Assembly: GCF_009914755.1 (NCBI RefSeq)
Contig: NC_060930.1
DNA: 64,000 bases
Reading direction: 5' to 3' (one strand)
Source: the human T2T-CHM13v2.0 reference genome, Homo sapiens
Shown here: positions 1 through 13,014 of the stretch, piece by piece
Layout of the letters: every line of letters starts with the position of its first letter
Position numbering within the stretch: the stretch's first letter is position 1
The notes under the pieces: generated by a model
The model's input: only the letters and a program-made list of their open reading frames with translations
Databases searched by the model: none
Told to the model about the DNA's origin: nothing
Program-made: the position numbers and the translations under genes

Positions 1-3000
1 CAGATCTTGTCCAAGACCATCAAGGCAGTCCCTCTATGAGTCAGCAATAAACAGAGTTGCTGGACTTAGGGTGCCCCCTAAAGCACATACAGCTTAGATC
101 GCAACACCCAAGTCCTTTCAAATATCTGGAAAGCCATCCCAAGAAGGATGGGTACAAATAAGCCCAGACAGTGAAGACTACAGTAAATACCTAACTCTTC
201 AGTGCCCAGACACTGACGAATATCCACAATCACCAAGACCATCCAGGAAATCATGACCTCGCCAAATGAACTGAATAAGGCACCAGGAACCAATCCTGGA
301 GAAAGAGATACGTGACCTTTCAGACAGAGAATTCAAAATAGCAGTGTTAAGGAAACTCAAAGAAATTCAAGATAATGCCTAGAAGAAATTCAGAATTCTA
401 TCAGATAAATTTACTGAAGAGATTAAAATAATGAAAGTGAATCAAGCAGAAATTTTAGAGCTGAAAAATGTAAGAGGCATACTGAAGAATGCATTAGAGT
501 CCTTTAATAGCAGAATTAATGAAGCAGAAGAAAGAAATAGTGAGCTTGAAGACAGGCTATTTGAAAATACACAGAAGAGACAGAAGAAAAAATAATAAAA
601 ATGAAGCATGCTTACAGGATCTGGAAACAGCCTCAAAAGGGCAAATCTAAGAGTTAGTGGCCTTAACATGGAGGTAGAGAAAGAGATAGGGGTAGAAAGT
701 ATAGTAACAGATAATTTCCCAAACCTAGAGAACGATACCAGTATCTAAGTATAAGAAGATTACAGAACAACAAGCAGATGTTGCCCAGAGAAGACTACCT
801 TAAGGCCTTTAATAATCAAATTCCTAAAGATCAATGATAAAGAAAGGATCCCAAAAACAGCAAGAGAAAAGAAACAAACAATGTACAATGGAGCTTCAAT
901 AAGTCTGAAACAGACTTTTCAGTGGCAACCTTACAGGCTAGGAGAGAATGGCATGCAATATTTAAAGTGCTGAAAGAAAAACACTTTTACTCTAGAAGAG
1001 CATGTCTGCTGAAAATATATTTCAAGCATGAAGGAGAAGTAAAGACTCTCCCAAAGAAAATCAGAATGATTTCATCTACACCAGAGTTGTCCCACAAAAA
1101 CTGCTAAAGGGAGTACTTCAATCAGAAAGAAAAGGACATTAATGAACAATAAGTGACCACCTGAAGGTAAAAAACTCACTGGTTCTATTAAGTACACAGA
1201 AAACCATAAAATATTACTGTAACTGTGGTGTGTAAACTACTGTTGTCCTAAGTAGAAAGATTAAATGATTAATCAATCAAAAATAATAACTACAATAACT
1301 TTTCAAGACATAGTACAATAAGATACAAATAGAAACAACAAAAAGTTAAAGAGTAGGGGGATAAAGTCAAGACATAAAGTTTTTAATCTTTTTTGTTTTT
1401 GCTTGCTTGCTTGTTTATGCAAATAGTGTTATCAGGTTAAAATTATGGATTATGAGATAGTATTTAGAAGCCTCATGGTAACCTCAAAGCAAAAAACATA
1501 CTATGCATACATACAAATAAGCAATAAACTAAATCATATTACCAGAGAAAATCACCTTAACTACAAGAAGACAGGAAGGAAAAAAGGAAGAAAGAGAAGA
1601 CATAAAACATCCAGAAAACAAATCACAAAATGCCAGGAGTAAGTCCTAACTTATCAATAATAACACTGAATGTAAATGAACTAAACTCTCCAAAAGACAT
1701 AGACTGGCTGAATGGATGCAAAAACAAGACCCTAATCTGTTGTCAACAAGAAACATACTTCACCTATAAAGACACATATATACTGACAATAAAGGGATGG
1801 GAAAAGATATTCCATGATAATGGAAACCAAAAAAGAGAAGAAGCCATCATGCTTATATCAAACAAAATAGATTTCAAAACAAAAACTACAAGAAGACACA
1901 AAGAAGTTCACTATATAATGATAAAGGGGTCAATTCAGCAAGAGGATATAACAATTTTAAATATATATGCACCCAACACTAGAACATTCAGATATATAAA
2001 GCGAATATAATTAGAGCTAAAGAGAGAGATAGGCCTCAATAAAATAATGACTGGAGAATTCAACAACCCACTTACAGCACTGGACAAATCTTCCAGGCAG
2101 AAAATCAACAAAGAAATGCCAGACTTAATCTGCACTATAGACCAAATGTATCCAGTAGACATTTACAGAACGTTTCATACAGAAGCTACAGGATACACAT
2201 TCTTTTCCTCAGCACATGGATCATTTTCAAAGATAGACCATATGTTAGGTCACAAAACAAGTCTTAAAATACTGAAAAAATTGAAACAGTATCAAGCAAC
2301 TTCTCTCACCACAATAGTATGAAACTAGAAATTAATAACAAGAGAAATTTTGGAAACTATACAAATACATGGAAATTAAACAATATGTTCCTGAATGATA
2401 AGTGAGTCAATGAAAAAACTAAGAGAAAAATTGAAAAATTTCTCGAAACAAATGATAATGAAAACACAATATACCAAAACCTATGGAATACAGCAAAAGC
2501 AGTACTAAGAGGGAAGTTTATAACTGTAAGTGCCCACATCAAAAAAGAGGAAAACCTTCAAATGAACAATCTAATGAGGCATCTTAAAGAATGACAAAAG
2601 CAACAAAAACCAAACCCCAAATTAGTAGAGAAGATAAATAATAAAGATCAAAGCAGAAATAAATAAAATTTTTAAAAAAAGCTCAACAAAAGAAAAAGTT
2701 GGTTTCTGGTAAAGTTAAATAAAATTGACAAAACTTTAGCCATAAGAAAACAAGAGAGGACAGCAGGGACATGGATGAAGCTGGAAACCAGCATTCTAAG
2801 CAAACTATCACACGGACAGAAAACCAAACACCACATGTTCTCACTCATAGGTGGGAGTTGAACAATGAGAATACATGGACAGAGGGAGGGGAACATCACA
2901 TACTGGGGCCTGTGAGGGGGTAGGGGGCTGGGGGAGGGACAGCATTAGGAGAAATACCTAATGTAAATGACAAGTTGATGGGTGCAGCAAACCAACATGG

Positions 3001-6000
3001 CACATGTATACCTATGTAACAAACCTGCATGTTGTGCACATGTACCCTAGAACTTAAAGTATAATTTAAAAAAAAGAAAAAAAGAGAGGACATACAAATA
3101 CATAAAATCAGAAATAAAAAAAAAAAAGACATTGCAACTGTCACTGCAGAAATTCAAAGGATCATTAATGACTACTATGGGCAACTATATGCCAATAAGT
3201 TGGATAATCTAGAATAAATGAATAAATTCCTAGACTCATACAAACTACCAAGATTGGACAAGAAAGAAATCCAAGACCTGAACAGACCAATAACAAATAA
3301 TGAGATCAAAGCTGTAATAAAAACTCTCCTAGTAAAGAAAAGCCTAGAACCCAATGGCTTCACTGCTGAATTCTACCAAACATTCAAAAAACTAACACCA
3401 GCCCTACTCAAACTATTCTGGAAAATAGACCACGAGGGAATACTTCAAAACTTATTCTATGAGGCCAGTATTACCTTGATACCAAAACCAGACAAAGATA
3501 CATTAAAAAAAAAGAAAACTACAGACCAATATCTCTGATGAATATTGATGCAAAAATCCTCAACAAGATATGAGCAAAACAAATTCAGCATTACATCCTT
3601 TATGACCAAATGGTATTTGTGTCTGGGATACAAGGACAGTTCAACAAGCCAGTATCTCTGATGAATATTGATGCAGAAAGCCTCAACGAGATATGAGGCA
3701 AACAAATTCAACATTATATTAGAAAAGGTATTTATTATGACCAAGTAGGATTTATGCCTGAGATGCAAGGATGTTTCAACATAAATCAATCAATGTGATC
3801 CATCTTATCAATAGAATGAAGGTTAGAAACTGTATGATCATTTAAATTGATGCTAAAAAAGCATTCAATGAAATTCTACATTTCTTCATGATAAAAACCC
3901 TCAAAAATCCTGGCGATAGAAGGAATATACCTCAACATAATAAAAGTCATATACAACAGACCCACAGCTAGTATCATACTGAATGGGGACAAACTGAAAA
4001 GCTTTCCTCTAAGATCAGGAGCACAACAAGAATACCCACTGTCACCACTGTTATTTAACATAGCACTGGAAATCCTAGCTAGAGCAATCAGACAAGAGAA
4101 GGATATAAGATATAAAAAGCATCCAAATTGAAAAAGAAGTACAATTATCCTTGTTTGCAGATGATGTGATCTCATATTTGGAAAAACCTAGACTGCACAA
4201 GAAAACTATTAGAACCAATAAATTCAGTAAAGTTACAAGATACAAAATCAACATACAAAAATTAGTAGCATTTCTATATGCCAATAGCGTACCATGTGAA
4301 AAAGAAATAAAAAAGTAATGCTATTTACAATAGCCACACATAAAATTAAATGCTTAGGAATTAACTTAATAAAAGAAGTGAAAGACATCTATAATGGAAA
4401 TTATAAAACTCTGATGAAAGAAATTGAAGAGAACACAAAAAATGGAAAGGTATTTTATATTTATGAATTGGAAGAATCAATATTGTTAAAATGTCCATAC
4501 TATCCAATGCAATCCTTGTCAAAGTACCAATGGTAATCTTCACAGAAATAGGAAAAAATACTAAAATTTATATGAAACCACAAAAGACTCAGAATAGCCA
4601 AACATTTCCTAAGCAAAAAGAATAAAATTGGAGGAATTACATTACCTGACTTTGAATTATATAATGGAGTTATAGTAATCAAAATACCATGACACTGTCA
4701 AAAACAGGCACGTAGACCAATAGAAAGGAATAGAGAACCCAGAAACAAATTCACACACCTACAGTGAACTCATTTTTGACAATGGTGCCAAGAACATATA
4801 CTGGGGAAAAGATGGTCTCTTCATAAATGATTTCTGGGAAAACTGGATATCCATATGCAGTAGAATTAAACTTGAGCCCTATTTCTTACCATATACAAAA
4901 ATCAAATCAAAATGGATTAAAGACCTAAACCTAAGACCTCAAACTATAAAATTACTACAAAAAAACTTTGGGGAAAATCTCCAGGACATTGGTCTGGGCA
5001 AAAATTTCTTGAGCAAGACCCCACAAGCATAGGCAAATCAAAGCAAAAATGGACAAATGAGAAGAATCCCATCAACTTAAAATGCATCTGCAGAGCAAAA
5101 GATACAATCAACAAAGTGAAGAGACAACCCACAAAATGGGAGGAAATATTTACAAAGTACTCATCTGACAAGGGATTAATAACTGGAATACATAAGAAGC
5201 TCGAACAACTCTATAAGAAAAACAATCCAATCAGAAAAATGGGCAAAAAATCTGAATAGACATTTCTCAAAAGAAGACATACTAATGGCAAACAGGCATA
5301 TGAAAAGGTACTCAATGTTATTGATCATTAGAAAAATGTAAACCAAAACTATAATGAAACATCATATCACTCCAGTTAAAATGGCTTTTATCCAAAAAAC
5401 AGGCAATTAGAAATGATGGTGAGGATGCGGAGAAAAGGGAGCCCTTCTACACTGTTGGTAGGAATGTAAATTAGCATAACCACTTTGGAAAACAGTTTGG
5501 AGGGTCCTCAAAAAACGAAGAATTGAGGTACCAATTCTTATGCTCATTGATCCAGCAATCCCATTTCTGGGCATATACCCCAAAGAAAGGAAATCAGTAT
5601 ACTGAAGAGTTATCTGTACTCTTATGTTTGTTATGGCATTGTTTACAATAGCTAAGATTTAGAAGCAACCTAAGTGTTCATGAATAGACGAATGATTAAA
5701 GAAACTATGGTAGATATACACAATTAAGTACTATTCAGCCACAAAAATGAGTAAGATCCAGTCATTTGCAACAACATGGATGGAACTAGAGATACTCATA
5801 TTAAGTGAAATAAGTCAAGCACAGAAAAACAAATATCACATGTTATCACTTATTTGTGAGACCTAAAAATCAAAACAATTAAACTCATGGACACAGAGAG
5901 TAAAACGATAGCTTCCAGAGGCTGGGAAGGGTAGTTGGAGGGCTCACAGGGGAGGTGGGAATAGCTAATAGGTAAAAAAAAAAAAAAAAAAAAAAAAATA

Positions 6001-6240
6001 GAAATAATATATAAAGCATGCTATTTGATAACACAATTGGGTGATTATTGTCAATAATAGCTTAATTGTACATTTTAAAATAATTTAAAGAGTGTAATTG
6101 GATTGTTTGTTGTAACTCAAAGGATAAATGCTGGAGGGGATGATTACACCTTTCTCCATTGCATGCCTATACCAAAACATCTCATGTACACCATAAATGT
6201 ATACACCAACTATATACTCACAAAAATAATAAATAAATAA
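1..6240 (+). mobile_element. Old LINE-1 (L1MA1-4-like): ORF1, ORF2 and 3'UTR remnants, 5' end runs off the window
   Basis: ORF1-like fragments from about 253 (922..1107 'TLQARREWHAIFKVLKEK'). ORF2 endonuclease fragment 1630..2010 ('LSIITLNVNELNSP...ILNIYAPN') and further ORF2 fragment 3218..3538. L1MA-type 3'UTR ('ggataaatgctggaggggatg') with A-rich tail near 6240. Many stops and frameshifts. Confidence 0.9.
2763..3073 (+). mobile_element. 5'-truncated L1PA (about PA5-PA7) 3' end nested in the L1MA
   Basis: Primate L1 3'UTR 'gcagggacatggatgaagctggaaacc...aacttaaagtataat'. TSD aagaaaa(c/a)aagagaggaca at 2744-2762 and 3074-3092. Confidence 0.9.
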
Positions 6241-8781
6241 ACAGCACATACATTCCTGGGTTGCTTGAACCATCAAATTTTATTTAGCCCCATCTGAACA
6301 CTTTCTAAATTTACAAGACATAATATTTTACAACAAAAATTGGCCTTCATTTCAATGACTCTGAACTCCACTAGAATCTGATCAACAAATACAGAATAAA
6401 ATAAGGTATGATAAGATTAGAATAATGAATATATTGTTTTTTATAATATAATTACTTGAAAATACTTAAATCGAATCATCTCTCTTTTAGTCAATGATAT
6501 CCATTTCTAGACCATCTTGAATTCATAAACATTGTTATAGTAAATAAACTCTAACACATTTCAGCAGTTTAATTAGCTTTGCTAGGAAGTTCGAATTTTA
6601 TTTTAGAATATGCTGTTGTCAACTCCTTGATCCAAACTAGGAGACTCCTTTTAGGTGAAACAATCTCTATACATGCTGACCATGGCAATGATTGGGTTGT
6701 TACTATGGAAAAAGCAATTGAAAATTAAGGAAGACTATCAGCCACATTAATTAATTGTCAGAACTCAGGCTCTGTTGCTGGGGAAAAGGTCACAAAAGCA
6801 CAAGAGTTCAAGAAAAAACAGTGTAGGATGAGAACTGATGTCAACTTGAAACAAGGCTTTTGATTAAACATTTAAGGAATGTCCCAATAGGAAGTAAGTC
6901 TGAAAATTGATCCCAAACCAGGAGATCTGTTCTCAGTGAAAAAATACTTACAAAAACCTCAAGTGAGTTCCCAGAGCCAAGGTGCCTGGTCAGGCCCTTC
7001 ACGAGACCAGCAAGCCTTTAAGGAAATTTGTCAGGAGATGACAGTGATATTCTTGAAGTGGAAACTGGTAGCAAGAATGTCACTAATGCCACTTTTTGGC
7101 CTTTGAGAAATACAGTGCCTGATAGAATAAAAGAGCTTGAATTTGAAAGGCCTGCAAAGAAAGTGGTGTTTTTAAGGAAAAGTTAATGAAGACAAGGATA
7201 TTTTTATTTTACTGGAAAATATAACTCAAGTTTCATAGCATGTGGCAGATGTATGGAATGGCAAAGGAAGTGGAGTTTTATAAATCTAGGTAATGATGAT
7301 GACCAGGGAGGTGAAGCTTCTGAGGATAACCGAGATCAACAGCCATGATCAAAGTATGATGGGGAATAAATGGCAGGTGTATTTTGTACTATCAACTCAG
7401 CTACTCCAAGGTTTTGGCAGTTTATTAGATGGTGGTTTCTTGAGGACTGCTTTGAGTAATGACATGACATTGTAAAGAAAGAAAATAGAATTGCTTTTGT
7501 ATAAATTAATTCACTCAGCTTTATGCAAGACATTGATTACACTAGGCACTGAGGATTCAGTAGTGAGGTAATCGGACAAAATCGTTACCTTCAGAGAGCT
7601 TGAATTCTATTAGAAAGGAAATACAGAAAGGGCACAGGTTAGTATCAAGAACTACTTCGTGTCTCTAAGTAAGGTCTGTGCATATTTTATATCAGTATAT
7701 ACTTGTATATGTATTATTACAACAATGAGAGGAGATAGGGAGAGTAACAATGGTGTCTAAAGTGAAACAAGATGAATATTTAACAGCTACAGAAGTCCAA
7801 AAGAATTCTGCTTGGACCTAGCAGAATTTTGTTTCTCTCTCTCTCTCTCATCTGTCTATAACTTCATATGATCTAGTCTAATTTCTGACTCCCTGAATTG
7901 AATCTAACCCCACACTTGCTGCTGTGCCAGTTAATTCCTGGTACACAATTCAATGTATATTTGTGGTCTAAACTTTTTTATGCTTCTATAACCTTTCTTC
8001 TCCTACTTCAGCCTATCTGAAGTTTTATATCTTTATTTATGTCCTAGGCTAAAGTTTTTTCATAATCTGCTCAGTTCTAATTACAAGGTATCTTGCTGCT
8101 AGATCTTAATTTTGTCCCAGCTTTTCTAATTTTGGACTGGCTCACATCTATCTATTGAGGACTAATACTAAGCAGCATACAAAAGACAGATACTTATAAT
8201 AAATAAGCACTTTTAAATTTAGAATCTTCCTCTCTTTGGAACGACACTGGATGGACATAGATTTCCATAGAAAATTACCTTGTGATTTTCCTTTGGATTT
8301 AATTAAGTAATTGATTGCTTCAGAATGCACTGTTATTTAAAACACTCTCTCCCAAACTCCCTCAAGGGAAACAATACTAATGATAAATAAATTTAAGGAA
8401 ATTTGCTTCCTTAAAGCATAAAGACTAATTTGCTGATGGTGGTAAAAACTTTGGAAAATCACATAGAAAAACCAAGTCTCTTGGACAAGTCAGCATCAAG
8501 CTATCCTATTATTGACCCTTTCATTATTCTCATTGCCATGGTGTAGAAAAGGGAAGGGTTTCTGCAGGAGTGGAAAAATTCTAATATTATTGCTTATAAA
8601 TCTGAGTGAATAATTTGAATGCATGTGTCCCTCATAAAATCTCTAAAGATTCTTCCAGTCAGTAACAGTTTCAATTCCTTAAAGTTATACCAAAAATGTC
8701 CACAGCTCAAAAATGTCCACAGCTATTAAAATGAGGGTTAGGTGAGGTGTGAATAGAACCTGTATCCATATGCAGGCATTC

Positions 8782-9508
8782 TATATTAGTCAGGGTTCTC
8801 CAGAGAAACAGAAATGATGGATATATATTTAGAGTGGTATGTATTATCATCATCTCTCAGTATACACATGGGAGATTGATTCCAGGACTTCCTGAGTATA
8901 CAAAAATCTGCACATACTCAAGTCCCACAGTGATCCTGCGGAACTCATATATATTAAAAAAAATTGTCCCTTTGAATACACAGTTTTTGCATCCCTTGAA
9001 TACCGTATTTCCAATCTTCTTTTGGTTCGAAAATAATATGTGTATAAGTGGATGTGGACAGTTCCAAGCCATGTTCAAGGGTCAACTATATAAGAAATTG
9101 ACTCATGTGATTATGAAGGCCGAGAAGCCTCACAATCTTCCATCTGAAGTTGGAGATCCAGGAAAGCTGGTAGTGTAAATTCTAGTCTAAGTCCAAAGGC
9201 CTGACAACCTGGAGAATCACTGGTATAAGTACCAGTCAAAGGGCAAGAGCAGACTGATATCTCAGTTCAGGCAGTCATACAGAGAGGGAATTCGACCCTC
9301 CTCTGTGTTTTTGTTCTATTTGAGCTCTGAAGGGGTTGGATGATGTCCACTCACACTTGGGAGGGCAATCTTCTTTCCTCAGTCCACCAATTTAAATGCT
9401 TATCTCTTCTGAAAATATCTTCACAGACATATCCAGAAATACTGTTTTACCAAGTTTCTGGGCATCCCTTTGGCCCAGTAAAGATGATGCATACAATTAA
9501 TTATCATA
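8782..9508 (-). mobile_element. MLT2 (ERVL) solo LTR, MLT2B-like, split by MER2
   Basis: Begins 'tattagtcagggttctccagagaaacaga' and ends 'cccagtaaagatgatgcatacaattaattatca', matching reverse-strand MLT2 termini. Confidence 0.75.
8845..9088. mobile_element. MER2 (TcMar-Tigger non-autonomous DNA transposon)
   Basis: 'ggagattgattccaggac...caaaaatctgcacatactcaagtccc' and terminal 'gttcaagggtcaact' resemble MER2 ends. Confidence 0.75.
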
Positions 9509-10129
9509 TGTCCACTTTCACAGTGAATAGCCATCAAACCCTTGTATGTTATTCATCTCGCTGGGCCTTTTATCATGTTTGTTACAAATCCAAAAGCAAT
9601 AACATGACAGAAGTTTAAGTGATGTCCAAACATAGCAGCATCTGTCAGGAAGAAAAAAAATGTGACAATAGAATGTGTAAAAGGGGATGTGGGATGGGAT
9701 TAAAATGAGGAAAGAAAGAATAGATAAGAGTCTGGTGAAGGAAAGCTTACACATTGCATCTCAGTTTCTGACCACTGCTGCCAAGGCAGATAGGCAACAT
9801 CTATTCTCCACCCTGATGTCAAGCATCATTATTTTCAGAGGTTGATAGCAGGTGAGAGATGTGTTCTAATTTGCAGAATAAGAAGGCTATCACACATACA
9901 AGTTATACAACAAGTTAGATGCTGGAGAGTCATCAATGTCCTAGTAATACTACATAATTCATGTAATCAGTTTCCTTAATTGGATTCTATTATCTCACTG
10001 AATTATGTCAGAAAGTGTTAATGTGGAAAAATCCATCAATAAATCCATCTGAAAACTTTTGATGACTAAGGGATCAGAAAAATATCTAGAGCCATAGTAT
10101 TTGGTAGCTGTACCATTTCAACAGTGGGA

Positions 10130-10265
10130 GTTCACATGAGCAATCTGCCAAAGAGGTTGTTAGAAATAAAAACCCAACCCTCATCAGTTTCCTGAATATG
10201 GATCTCCATTTTAACAGATCCCCAGCTGAATCATGTATATTAACGATTGAAATGCACTTGTTTAG
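10130..10265. mobile_element. MER5A-like hAT-Charlie fragment
   Basis: 'tctccattttaacagatccccagctga' motif; highly degenerate. Confidence 0.45.
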
Positions 10266-10299
10266 AACGCTAACTATGGAGTCAGTTTTTTTGTGTGTA

Positions 10300-10447
10300 T
10301 GTTTAAATACTAGCTTTGACACTTGTTAAATGGATAACTTTGGGCAAATTCTTAAACTCTGTCTCAGTTTCTTCATATTGTGAATGAGGTACAAATTGGA
10401 TGTACTTTCAGGGTCATTGTGATGGTTAAATTAGTTAGTGCATATTA
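10300..10447 (+). mobile_element. MIR SINE, left part; continues at about 13460-13505 after the Tigger4 insertion
   Basis: MIR core 'ttgggcaaattcttaaactctgtctcagtttcttcat'. The 3' part 'aaagtgcctgtcatactgtaaatgccaaataa' resumes after the Tigger. Confidence 0.7.
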
Positions 10448-10799
10448 CAGATTGAGTATCCCTTATTCAACATGCTTAGGACCAGAAGTGTTTTGAATTT
10501 TGGACTTTTTTTTTCAGATTTTGAAATACTTGCATATATACAAAATAAGATATCTTGAGGATGGTATCCAAGTATACTCAGGAAACTCATTATGTCTTAT
10601 ATACACCTTGTATGCATAGTCTGAAGCTGATATTATACAATATTTATAATAATTTTGTGGATGAAACAAAGTATGGGTACACTGAACCATTAGGAAGCAA
10701 AGGTGTCACTACCCCATCAACACATGTGGATAATCTGCGGCTGTCTGGCATCACCGTCATTCCTGACTCTGAATTGACATGCTACCAATAAGCAATCAA

Positions 10800-11077
10800 T
10801 TTTTTTTTTTTGAGACAGGGTCTTGCTCTGTTGCCCAGGCTGGAGTGCAGTGGCACGATCTTGGCTATGCCATTCTCCTGCCTCTGCCTCCCGAGTAGCT
10901 GGGACTACAGGCGCCCGCCACCATGCCCAGCTAATTTTTTTTTTTTTTTTTGTATTTTTAGTAGAGACGGGGTTTCACCATCTTAGTCAGGATGGTCTTG
11001 ATCTCCTGACCTCGTGATCCACCCGCCTCGGCCTCCCAAAGTGCTGGGATTACAGGCGTGGGCCACCGCGCCCGGCC
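10800..11077 (-). mobile_element. AluY-like SINE inside Tigger4, with about 26-30 bp internal deletion
   Basis: Alu sequence with AluY-type motifs. 'ttggct|atgccattctcc' lacks 'cactgcaagctccgcctcccgggttc'. TSD caatcaattttt at about 10793 and 11079. Confidence 0.92.
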
Positions 11078-11399
11078 TCAATCAATTTTTTATAATTGGT
11101 GGTAAAAATATGACATACCATTAATATAGTGGAAAACAGTATTTTCAGGGCAATGAAGCAGCACAGCAGCATCACCAGAATACCTGTATCAGCTGTTAAA
11201 CAACAGCAATAACAAGCAATGGTAGTCTTTCAGTCTCCACTTACAATGCTGTGTTTTGACTCAAGGTTAACTATATGCTATATGCTACATTTTACTTTTT
11301 TTTTTTTTTTTTTGATGAGAAGAAACATCCGAAGCATAGAAGAAGTGAGTCCTTTAGGAATAAGAAGGCATTTTGTTGCATGAATTTTTAAAATGTTTC

Positions 11400-13014
11400 C
11401 TGCAGACTCATCTGCCTCATTAACAATGGCTTTCACTCAGTGGTCTCTCTTTGATTGTATAAACTGACATAATTTCTTGTTGTTACAAATGCATGCTGTT
11501 CAACCACACGTTTTCACTGTGTCATTTATAGGCACTTTTTCTGCAGTATTAACATCATCTTCATCATCACTATTATCATAATCAGCTTGATTCAGAATCA
11601 TTTCAGCTATATTACCATTGGTCAATGAATGAATAACTGGAGCCTCATTAATGATGTTAAAATATTCTTTGATATCTATTTCTTTCAGCTTATTGATGGA
11701 TTTTGAAGGTATATGTTTTAGATATGTAAGGAGGTCAGATATCATTTCTTTTCACTTGATATACAAAATCCTTCAAAGTCACCACCTTGCTCATCATCAC
11801 TGAACATAGACACAGGCTGGAGGTTGTGCCAGGCACGCACAACTGTGTCTCCAGTCATTGTGTTCTAAGTGTTGGCAACAGCATATTTGGCAAAAATATG
11901 CTAAATTTCATGATAAACTCCTTTTGAAAACCTTCCCTATCCATCATCTGTTCACTGCTGCTAGCATGCTGTTCAAAAATTGTTTTTATATTTCTGTTTG
12001 TTGCTGTAAGGATACCCTGGTTACATGGATGAATTAATAAAATCACCTTTTGGGGAAAGTACATGAAATAAACCTTTTTTAAATGAGAATTTTAGCTGGA
12101 GAATGAGCAGACTGTTTTCAAGGAATAACAAAGTCTTACAGTTGTCACCTAGTCCAGCTTCCCTGCAATGAGCATGAGACAATGGTACAAAATATTTGTG
12201 AAACCAATCAGAAAAGATGTTGCTGGTGGTCTATGCCTCTTTGTTACCATAATAATGGACTGATAAAAGTTCACCCCTTGAAAATAGGGAGAATACAAGC
12301 TTTTGCCTATCAGAGCAAATTTACATTTATGCATGCCTACTAAATTAGCACATCCCGGCACAGTTATCCTGTCTTTGGCATTCTTAATTACTGTAGGGGC
12401 TGTCTAATTAGCTGTAGTTAATGTCTTTCTGGGACAATAATGCCAGAACAGAGATGTGTAATCAGCATTACAGATTTGTTCTGGCATCAGATTTTCATCA
12501 GCGATAACCTTGGCAAACTTGTCAATTAATTTCCCCACTGCTTCATGATCAGCAGATGATTTATACCACAAATATTTAAAAATTTAATGTTGTGTCTTTT
12601 CAGAAGTTTCTGCAACCAGCCCATTGAATTTTCACAATTTCCATTAATTTTCAGTTCATAGCAACAGATCTTTCTTTGTTTTATGATTAGCGTACCATTG
12701 AGTGGCATGTGTTCACTGTGATGTTAACAGGTCAATTCTAGCAATACACAATAGGGATCTTCATTTTTAACTTTAAGTTTATAAAATGTTTTATAAACTT
12801 ATGTTCATTATTTTCAGCATACACCTTCAAGAGTTTATTCTTCTGTTTCTTCAGGTCATGTTTGGTGATCATTCTACTACCCTACTCTTCTTTTAAGACT
12901 CATACCACTGTTCAGGTTCTCCAACAGCTTGACTTTTTAGCTGTAAATAGACATAATCCTTCCCCTTTTCCTAATGACTGTTCCCCATGTGGTGTCTGCA
13001 GACCTTTTTGACAT
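11400..13014 (-). pseudogene. Decayed pogo/Tigger transposase (CENP-B-type HTH + DDE; Jerky-related)
   Basis: Start 'MSKRSADT' at 13014. Fragments 12526..12708 ('MPLNGTLIIKQRK...SMGWLQKLLKRHNIKFLNICG'), 12149..12361 and 11500..11745 (acidic tail 'DNSDDEDD'). Multiple frameshifts. Confidence 0.85.

Noticed and set aside
5974-5998. Poly(A) suggesting a separate retroposed insert
   Set aside because: Expansion of an internal A-run in the L1MA 3'UTR; the flanks are collinear and there is no TSD.
6840-7640. Possible L2 fragments
   Set aside because: Resemblance is too degenerate to set boundaries by eye.
11400-13014. Domesticated JRK/TIGD-like gene
   Set aside because: Fragmented reading frame lying between TIRs; a transposon fossil.
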